NCBI GenBank assembly: GCA_034004665.1
Contig: JAVEWF010000001.1
Location: forward strand, 5,134 to 69,133
DNA length: 64,000 bases
Reading direction: 5' to 3'
Source: Rhodocyclaceae bacterium
GTDB lineage: Bacteria; Pseudomonadota; Gammaproteobacteria; Burkholderiales; Rhodocyclaceae
Shown: in pieces, positions 54,743-64,000 of the stretch
Position numbering within the stretch: the stretch's first letter is position 1
Layout: the number at the start of each line of letters is the position of its first letter
The notes under the pieces: generated by a model
The model's input: the letters and a program-made list of their open reading frames with translations, nothing else
What the model was told of the DNA's origin: nothing
Databases searched by the model: none
Program-made: the position numbers and the translations under genes

Positions 54743-56872
54743 TCAGCCTTCGTTCGAACGTGACACTGTCGCCGCCTCGCGGCGGCGATGGCTCAGGAAC
54801 GCAGGCAATGCAAGCAACGCCAGTCCGGTAAGCAGCATCGCCAGCGGCCAAAGCACCGGCCGGTTCCAGTGCTGTCGCATTTCCTGACGCATCGCCGTAT
54901 CGATCCGCTGGTACTTCAGGGTATTGTTGCCCACCTTGGTCGGCTTGCGATTCTTCAGCCAGTCGTGGCGCAGGCTGTAATCCAGCGGATGGAAGCCCCA
55001 CACCCACGGTGTGTCCTCGTGCAGTATCGCCAGCATGCGATCGATGATCGCCTGGCGTTCCGGGCCGTTCTCCATCGCCCTCATCCGTTCGAACAGACGG
55101 TCGTACTCCGGATTGGCGTAGTTGGCGGCATTCTCTCCGTGATGCCTGACCTTGCCCTGCGGCCCGTAGAGCAGGAACAGGAAGTTTTCCGGATCGGGGT
55201 AATCGGCGTTCCAGCCGAAATAGAACAACTGCACCGCACCCTTGCGAACCTTTTCCTGAAAACGGTTGTAGTCGGTGCTGCGTACGACGAGCTGGACGTC
55301 GATCTTCTGGAACTGCTTGTTGAGCCAGTCGATGCGCGTCTTGGCACCGACGCCGGTGGCGGTCGTATCCAGATTGACCACCAGCGGTTCGCCGGTCTTC
55401 GCATGCCGTCCCGCCGGCCAGCCGGCATCCGCCAGCAGGCGTTTCGCCACCTCGATATCCTTGCGGCGCGCCTTGCCGTCCCGCCATTCGTAGATCGCCG
55501 GATTGAGTCCGGCCCGGCCCTGCCGGTAGCCGAAGATGCCCGGCGGCAGGGGGCTCTGTGCGACGATGCCGCGGCCATTCTGGAAGATCGAGACAAATTC
55601 CTCCTGATCGATCGCAATGGCGATCGCCTGGCGGATTTTTTGTGCCGCGACGCCCTGACCGCCGACCAGCGGGTCGAGCATGTTGAAACCCATGTAGAAG
55701 GTCGTCGTCGCGACCGAAGTCGATAGCCGGATGCCCTGGGCCTGCATCTCGGGCGTGAGTGAGACTTCTCCGCCCGCGCCGACCTGCACCGCCTGATCGA
55801 ACGAGTCCGATGAAATGCCTGAAGCATCGTAATAGCCCTGCAGGAACTTGTTCCAGTAGGGAATCTGTTCCTTCTCGCGCGTGAATGTCACCTTGTCGAT
55901 GAACGGCAGCGGCTTGCCGCAGTCGTCGAGCAGCCCCGCCGCACGATCCTCCGCCTCGCCGTCGCAGGGGTAGGTCTCGCCGCGGAAGTTGGGATTGCGC
56001 TCCAGCACCATGCGCGCGTTCGGATTGTTCTCCGTCAGCATGTAGGGACCGGTGCCGACCGGATACCAGTCGAGCGTCAGGTTCTTCTCCGCCATGCCGG
56101 GCTGGCTGTGGAAGCGGTCCGCCTCCCAGGGCAGCGGCGCGAAGAACGGCATCGACAGCCAGTAGAGAAACTGCGGGTACTTTCCCTTGATGCGAATGCG
56201 GTAGCGATAGCGGTCGAGCGTCACCGCGCCCTCCAGCGCGACCTGCCGCAGATCCAGCCACTCCTGCTGCCGTCCCGCCGGCGCCGACTTTTGCAGGCGT
56301 TGCGCCAGATCGTTCAGTCCCACGATGTACTCGCCCATCAGGCCGAGGATCGGCGAATGCAGGCGGGGATGGGCCAGTCGCTTCAGGCCATAGACGTAGT
56401 CGTCGGCCACCAGTTCGCGTGTGCCGCGCCCGGGGAAATCGGCGAGCGCATTGAAGCCGGATATGTCTGCCGGTTGCTCGGCGAAGGCCGGGTGAGGCTG
56501 GAAGCGAATGCCCGGCTTGATCTCGACGACGTAGTCGGTAAAGGCAATGCGGGCCGCATCGGCATCCGCCGGCAGCGGTCGCCCGCCGGCATCGAGATAC
56601 TGTGGCTGCGGGACGGCGACGGCCGTCGCCGGAATCAGCTCGTAGGGACGGCGCAAATAGTGGTATTGCAGCGGCGGCTCGTAGATCTGCGCCGTGAAGG
56701 TGATCTCGTCCTCGCTGTAGGACTGCACGGGATCGAGATGTTTGGGCCGGTCGGTGAACGCCGTGTAGAGGATGTTGCGCCCGAGGTCGGCCGCCGGATA
56801 GGGGTCGTTCCAGGCAGCATCGCAGCCCGCCAGAAAGACGCAGCACAGGATGGTGGTCGCGTACCGGCACAT
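54743..56872 (-). CDS. Peptide/nickel-type ABC substrate-binding lipoprotein
   Basis: LAGC lipobox, KHLDP, PVGTGPY, WNADYPDPENF. Confidence 0.87.
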   Translation of the reverse strand: MCRYATTILCCVFLAGCDAAWNDPYPAADLGRNILYTAFTDRPKHLDPVQSYSEDEITFTAQIYEPPLQYHYLRRPYELIPATAVAVPQPQYLDAGGRPLPADADAARIAFTDYVVEIKPGIRFQPHPAFAEQPADISGFNALADFPGRGTRELVADDYVYGLKRLAHPRLHSPILGLMGEYIVGLNDLAQRLQKSAPAGRQQEWLDLRQVALEGAVTLDRYRYRIRIKGKYPQFLYWLSMPFFAPLPWEADRFHSQPGMAEKNLTLDWYPVGTGPYMLTENNPNARMVLERNPNFRGETYPCDGEAEDRAAGLLDDCGKPLPFIDKVTFTREKEQIPYWNKFLQGYYDASGISSDSFDQAVQVGAGGEVSLTPEMQAQGIRLSTSVATTTFYMGFNMLDPLVGGQGVAAQKIRQAIAIAIDQEEFVSIFQNGRGIVAQSPLPPGIFGYRQGRAGLNPAIYEWRDGKARRKDIEVAKRLLADAGWPAGRHAKTGEPLVVNLDTTATGVGAKTRIDWLNKQFQKIDVQLVVRSTDYNRFQEKVRKGAVQLFYFGWNADYPDPENFLFLLYGPQGKVRHHGENAANYANPEYDRLFERMRAMENGPERQAIIDRMLAILHEDTPWVWGFHPLDYSLRHDWLKNRKPTKVGNNTLKYQRIDTAMRQEMRQHWNRPVLWPLAMLLTGLALLALPAFLSHRRREAATVSRSNEG
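56268..56291 (-). repeat. 24-bp motif copy, in substrate-binding protein gene
   Basis: Minus strand reads aaagtcgg-cgccggcgg-gacggca; encodes KSAPAGRQ. Confidence 0.85.
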
Positions 56873-56941
56873 GCCCGAAGTGTAATGTAATCGCAGCTAT
56901 AATCCGCCGCTCGCATTGGATGGATAGAGGAAGGATTCGAC

Positions 56942-57742
56942 ATGGGATTTCTCGCCGGCAAACGCATTCTGATTACTGGCCTGCTTTCCAACCGCTCCAT
57001 CGCCTACGGCATCGCCAAGGCCTGCCACCGCGAAGGCGCCCAACTGGCCTTCACCTACCAGAACGAGCGCTTCCAGGACCGCATCGCCAAGTTCGCTGCC
57101 GAATTCGGCAGCGACATGATCTACCAGGTGGATGTCGCCGACGATGCGCAGATCGACGCCGCTTTCTCCGCCATCGCCGAGCGCTGGGACGGTCTCGAAG
57201 GGCTGGTCCACTCGATCGCCTTCGCACCCAACGAGGCCATCGAAGGCGACTTCCTCGACGGCATTTCGCGCGAATCCTTCCGCATCGCCCATGAAGTCTC
57301 CTCCTACAGCTTTCCGGCGCTGGCCAAGGCCGCTCGGCCACTGCTGCTGAAGGGCAACCATCCGTCGCTGGTATGCCTGAGCTATCTCGGTGCCGAACGC
57401 ACCATGCCCAATTACAACACCATGGGTCTGGCAAAGGCCAGCCTCGAAGCGGCGACCCGCTACCTCGCCTTCAGCCTCGGCCCCCAGGGCATCCGCGCCA
57501 ACGCCCTCTCCGCCGGCCCGATCAAGACGCTGGCTGCCTCCGGCATCGGCAACTTCGGCAAGCTGCTCGCCTACAACGCCCACCATGCACCGCTGCGCCG
57601 CAACGTCACCATCGAGGAAGTCGGCAATGCGGCCGCATTCCTGCTGTCCGATCTCGCGAGCGGCATCACGGGTGAAGTGCTCTACGTCGATGGCGGCACG
57701 CACAACGTCGCCATGGGCAACGCCGACCCGTTGCCGGCCTGA
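56942..57742 (+). CDS. fabI: Enoyl-ACP reductase
   Basis: [39 protein letters not shown]. Confidence 0.97.
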   Translation: MGFLAGKRILITGLLSNRSIAYGIAKACHREGAQLAFTYQNERFQDRIAKFAAEFGSDMIYQVDVADDAQIDAAFSAIAERWDGLEGLVHSIAFAPNEAIEGDFLDGISRESFRIAHEVSSYSFPALAKAARPLLLKGNHPSLVCLSYLGAERTMPNYNTMGLAKASLEAATRYLAFSLGPQGIRANALSAGPIKTLAASGIGNFGKLLAYNAHHAPLRRNVTIEEVGNAAAFLLSDLASGITGEVLYVDGGTHNVAMGNADPLPA

Positions 57743-57770
57743 TCACAACGCCGACCCGTTGCCGGCCTGA
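57718..57770 (+). repeat. Perfect 25-bp direct repeat of the fabI 3' end
   Basis: caacgccgacccgttgccggcctga at 57718-57742 and 57746-57770. Confidence 0.95.
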
Positions 57771-57791
57771 GTTTTTCCGGGTATCGAATGG

Positions 57792-57823
57792 AATCGGCGC
57801 CGTCCTGCCGGCGCCGATTTTTT
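57792..57823. terminator. Hairpin terminator between fabI and ppiD; contains a 24-bp motif copy at 57798-57821
   Basis: aatcggcgccg-tcctgc-cggcgccgatt then tttt. Confidence 0.8.
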
Positions 57824-59726
57824 ATTTGCGTTCCAGCGCAGCGCTGTTGATCGTCACCGGGTAGCGCTGACGCAGGGCCGCCAGCCATCCGACGAGTTCC
57901 TCCTGTGAGGTAATCTCGCCGTAGTGCTGCCGCAGGGCCTGGCCACGGGCCAGGGCATCCGGCCCGCCCTTCTCGTCGTAGGGCGTCACCTTGTCGATGC
58001 GGTACAGGGCATAGCCGCCAGGCACTTTTGCGCCGACATAGGCCGGCAGGCTTCCGGTCGTGGCGGCAAAGATGGCAGCACGGGCCTCGGCCGTCAGTTC
58101 CGGCGCATGCATGCGGCTGACGCTGCGGGCCTTGCCCCATGCCAGATCCGTTTTTTCGGCGGCCGCCTGAAGTTTCTGCAGTTGCGCCTGCCCCGCGGCA
58201 ACCGCCTTGGCGACAGCCGCTTCGCGCACGAGTACCTGACGGATCGCACCTGCAACGGTGTCCAGCGGTTCGACCTGAGCAGGCTTGTGTTCGATGACCC
58301 GCGCCGAAACCAGCGTATTGCTGCCGACATCAATCGCCTCGGTATTGCGGCGATGCTGGATGGCGTCCGCGGAGAATATCGCCTGGGCCAGCTTCGGATG
58401 GGTAAACGGTGCCACGGCCTGTCCGCCCTTCGACAACCAGTCGGAGGCTGCCACGACCAGTCCGTACTTTTCCGCCGCCGGCTTGAGCGTGTCGGCCTGC
58501 TCGTAGACGGTATTCGAGAAGCCTTCGGCCGCCTCGGCGAACTGTTTTGCCCCGGCCTGCTTCCTGAGCTCGGCGACGATCTCGTCCCGTACCTCGTCGA
58601 TGGGTTTGGCCTTTTCAGGACGAATGCCCGTCAGCCGGATCAGGTGGAAACCGAAATCCGAACGGACCACGCCCGAGATTTCACCCTCCTTGAGGGAAAA
58701 CGCGGCATCCTCGAAAGGCTTGACCATCATCCCGCGCCCGAAGTATCCGAGATCGCCGCCTTTTTCCGCAGAGCCCGGGTCCTGCGAATGCTGCTTGGCG
58801 AGCTTGGCGAAATCGCCCGGGTTCGCCTTCAATTGCGCAAGCACTTCTTCGGCACGGGTTTGTGCCGCCTTGACTTCGGCTTCGGGAGCCCCCTTGTCGG
58901 CACGGAAAAGGATATGGCTCGCCTGGCGCTGCTCCGGCTGTTTGTAGCGGGCCGCATTCGCCTCGTACGCCGCCTTGATGTCCGCATCACTGATCTTTGC
59001 ATTCTCGGCCAGCTTGTTCTGGCTGAACACCAGATACTCGACACGTACCTGCTCGGGCGTCTCGAAACGCGCCTTGTTTTCCTCGTAGAAACGCTTCACC
59101 GCCGCCTCGTCGGGCTTGCTCTCGGCAGAGAACGCCTCCGCACGCAGGAGATGCTCGCGAATCTCGCGCTCCTCCAGTTGGGCCGCCAGCCAGCGATCCG
59201 CGGTCAGGCGTCCGCTGAACGAACCGTTGGCCGTCGCCATCATCGCCTGCTGCATCATCAGATCCTGCCGGACGCGGGATTCGAACATCTCGACGCTCAT
59301 GCCCTGTGCGGCCACCAGCGCCTCGTAACGTTCGCGCGAGAACTTGCCATCCTCCTGCAACGACGGTACCGAGGTGATGAAGCTGACCAGCAGATCATCG
59401 CCGACACGCAGATGGGATTCGCTCGCGAACAGCAGCAGCAACCGCTGATTGATCAGCTCCTGCAGCACGCCGCGACGCAACTCCGGACTGTCGAGCAAGG
59501 CCAGCTGTTTCGGATCGCTGCCGATTTGCGGCCGCAGGCGATCCTGCTGTTCGCGCAGGGCCTGCTGGAAGTCTGAAACCGAAATCGACGACTCGCCCAC
59601 CTTGGCGACATCATCGGAGCGACCGGAGTTCACGTAGGAATCCACGCCCCACAGCGCGAACGGCAGGATGATGATCGCCAGGACGACCTGGATGAACTTC
59701 TTGTTGTTCCGAACGAGATCGAACAT
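57822..59726 (-). CDS. ppiD: Periplasmic chaperone/PPIase PpiD
   Basis: N-terminal TM, SurA-N-like domain, parvulin ASHIL...SQDPGSAEKGGDLG...FGFHLI; downstream of lon. Confidence 0.92.
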   Translation of the reverse strand: MFDLVRNNKKFIQVVLAIIILPFALWGVDSYVNSGRSDDVAKVGESSISVSDFQQALREQQDRLRPQIGSDPKQLALLDSPELRRGVLQELINQRLLLLFASESHLRVGDDLLVSFITSVPSLQEDGKFSRERYEALVAAQGMSVEMFESRVRQDLMMQQAMMATANGSFSGRLTADRWLAAQLEEREIREHLLRAEAFSAESKPDEAAVKRFYEENKARFETPEQVRVEYLVFSQNKLAENAKISDADIKAAYEANAARYKQPEQRQASHILFRADKGAPEAEVKAAQTRAEEVLAQLKANPGDFAKLAKQHSQDPGSAEKGGDLGYFGRGMMVKPFEDAAFSLKEGEISGVVRSDFGFHLIRLTGIRPEKAKPIDEVRDEIVAELRKQAGAKQFAEAAEGFSNTVYEQADTLKPAAEKYGLVVAASDWLSKGGQAVAPFTHPKLAQAIFSADAIQHRRNTEAIDVGSNTLVSARVIEHKPAQVEPLDTVAGAIRQVLVREAAVAKAVAAGQAQLQKLQAAAEKTDLAWGKARSVSRMHAPELTAEARAAIFAATTGSLPAYVGAKVPGGYALYRIDKVTPYDEKGGPDALARGQALRQHYGEITSQEELVGWLAALRQRYPVTINSAALERK

Positions 59727-59735
59727 GACCAGTCT

Positions 59736-59772
59736 TTCAAAGACGAAAGGCGAACTGTCGTTCGCCTTTCGT
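59736..59772 (-). terminator. Hairpin downstream of tRNA-Val
   Basis: 13-bp stem acgaaaggcgaac/gttcgcctttcgt. Confidence 0.7.
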
Positions 59773-59800
59773 GGATTTCACCGGAATACGCAGGTATGTC

Positions 59801-59876
59801 TGGTGGGCGCTGACGGGTTCGAACCGCCGACATCCTCCTTGTAAGGGAGGCGCTCTACCAACTGAGCTAAGCGCCC
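59801..59876 (-). tRNA. tRNA-Val(TAC)
   Basis: GGGCGCTTAGCTCAGTTGGTAGAGCGCCTCCCTTACAAGGAGGATGTCGGCGGTTCGAACCCGTCAGCGCCCACCA; cloverleaf, TAC anticodon, encoded CCA. Confidence 0.97.
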
Positions 59877-59934
59877 TGCATCCCCCGCGGCCAGGCACAG
59901 CCGCGAGGCTGCGCATTCTAGCAAAGCAGGCCGC

Positions 59935-62361
<2,427 letters not shown>

Positions 62362-62400
62362 GGACGCGCATCCTCTGTTGGTTGGCTTCTGCCATGCCAC

Positions 62401-62426
62401 ATTGGGGCGGCAGGGAAGGATTCAAG
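62401..62426 (-). promoter_or_regulatory. Putative sigma32 promoter of lon
   Basis: CTTGAA-N13-CCCCAAT on the minus strand, close to the heat-shock consensus CTTGAA...CCCCAT. Confidence 0.7.
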
Positions 62427-62427
62427 C

Positions 62428-62451
62428 GGCCGTCCGGCGACGGCCGACTTT
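62428..62451 (-). repeat. 24-bp motif copy (divergent spacer) in hairpin after clpX
   Basis: Plus strand reads ggccgtc-cggcgacgg-ccgacttt. Confidence 0.65.
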
Positions 62452-62468
62452 CCGTGGGAACCCGAAAT

Positions 62469-63743
62469 TCAGTTGGAACCGGAAACCTTGGGCTGGTCGG
62501 CGTAGATCAGCAGCGGCTGGCTGCCGGTTTCGATCATGGCCTCGTCGATCACCACTTTCGCCACCCCCTGCATGCCGGGCAGTTCGTACATGGTGTCGAG
62601 CAGGACGTTCTCCATGATCGAACGCAGGCCACGCGCGCCTGTCTTGCGCTTGATGGCCTTGCGAGCGATCGCCTGCAGAGCCGCCGGGCGCACTTCCAGT
62701 TCTACGCCTTCCATCGCAAAGAGCTTCTGGTACTGCTTGATGAGTGCGTTCTTCGGTTCGATGAGGATCTTGACCAGCGCTTCCTCGTCGAGTTCCGCGA
62801 GATTGGCGACGACCGGCAGGCGGCCGATCAGCTCGGGAATCAGTCCGTACTTGACGAGGTCATCGGGCTCGACCTGGGCGAGCGTTTCGCTGAGGCTCGC
62901 GCTCGTCTTGCTTTTTACCTGGGCGCCGAAGCCGATGCCGGCTTTTTCGGAGCGTTCCTGGATGATCTTGTCGAGGCCGTCGAAGGCACCACCGCAGATG
63001 AACAGGATGTTGGCGGTGTCGACCTGGATGAAATCCTGGTTCGGGTGCTTGCGCCCGCCTTGCGGCGGCACGGCGGCGATGGTGCCCTCGACCAGTTTCA
63101 GCAGCGCCTGCTGCACGCCTTCGCCGGAAACGTCGCGGGTGATCGAACGGTTCTCGCTGCGGCGGGAAATCTTGTCGACCTCGTCGATGTAGATGATGCC
63201 CTGCTGCGCCTTTTCCGCCTCGTAGTCGCATTTCTGCAGCAGCTTGGCGATGATGTTCTCGACGTCCTCGCCGACATAGCCCGCCTCGGTCAGCGTCGTG
63301 GCATCGGCGATGACGAAAGGCACGTTGAGCAGGCGGGCCAGCGTCTGGGCCAGCAGCGTCTTGCCCGAACCGGTGGGACCGACCAGCAGGATGTTGCTCT
63401 TGGAGAGCTCGACATCGTCCTTGCCGCCCTTGCCGCCGGACTGGCTACGCAGGCGCTTGTAGTGGTTGTAGACGGCGACGGACAGGATCTTCTTGGCCTG
63501 CTCCTGCCCGATGACGTACTGGTCGAGCACGTCGCGAATCTCGACCGGGACCGGCAGGTCGCGCGAGGCTTTCTCGGGCTCGTCGGTCGCGGTGTCGTCA
63601 CGGATGATGTCGTTGCACAGATCGATGCACTCGTCGCAGATGAACACCGACGGGCCGGCGATCAGCTTCTTGACCTCGTGCTGGCTCTTGCCGCAGAAGG
63701 AGCAGTACAACAGTTTTTCGGGGGTGCCCTTCTTTTCCGCCAT
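62469..63743 (-). CDS. clpX: ClpX ATPase
   Basis: CSFCGK...CDEC zinc finger, [22 protein letters not shown] loop. Confidence 0.97.
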   Translation of the reverse strand: MAEKKGTPEKLLYCSFCGKSQHEVKKLIAGPSVFICDECIDLCNDIIRDDTATDEPEKASRDLPVPVEIRDVLDQYVIGQEQAKKILSVAVYNHYKRLRSQSGGKGGKDDVELSKSNILLVGPTGSGKTLLAQTLARLLNVPFVIADATTLTEAGYVGEDVENIIAKLLQKCDYEAEKAQQGIIYIDEVDKISRRSENRSITRDVSGEGVQQALLKLVEGTIAAVPPQGGRKHPNQDFIQVDTANILFICGGAFDGLDKIIQERSEKAGIGFGAQVKSKTSASLSETLAQVEPDDLVKYGLIPELIGRLPVVANLAELDEEALVKILIEPKNALIKQYQKLFAMEGVELEVRPAALQAIARKAIKRKTGARGLRSIMENVLLDTMYELPGMQGVAKVVIDEAMIETGSQPLLIYADQPKVSGSN

Positions 63744-63771
63744 CGTGGCTGTTCTCCGTTCAGTTTGCCGT

Positions 63772-64000
<229 letters not shown>

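Noticed and set aside
59727-59876. tRNA-Val as an island integration site
   Set aside because: No integrase, no duplicated tRNA 3' end, and core genes on both sides

Overview
GC-rich betaproteobacterial chromosome segment (gene content and order suggest a Rhodocyclales-like organism; this is inference). It is mostly core genes: mltG/ygfZ, ppdK, rdgC, the gyrA-serC-serA-pheA-hisC-tyrA-aroA/cmk-rpsA-ihfB-lapAB-hldA-hldD-cysM superoperon, ompA-ubiG, fabI, ppiD, tRNA-Val and clpP-clpX-lon. It also holds a tandem cyanophycin synthetase locus with an ABC transporter and a DUF1854-like gene, two c-di-GMP/two-component clusters (one with a hemerythrin kinase), glgX-malQ, and a ~0.8-kb AT-richer insert carrying a broken toxin-like/immunity-like pair. 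The most striking unexplained signal is a 24-bp bipartite DNA motif, consensus AAARTCGG-YGNYGGCRR-GACGGCG. A by-eye scan found at least 18 copies (14 with a perfect AAARTCGG-N9-GACGG core) on both strands. They lie inside unrelated genes in four different reading frames and in intergenic hairpins. This resembles a DNA uptake sequence or a genome-wide protein-binding site that I do not recognise. Protein calls rest on motif recognition from memory; no database searches were run.
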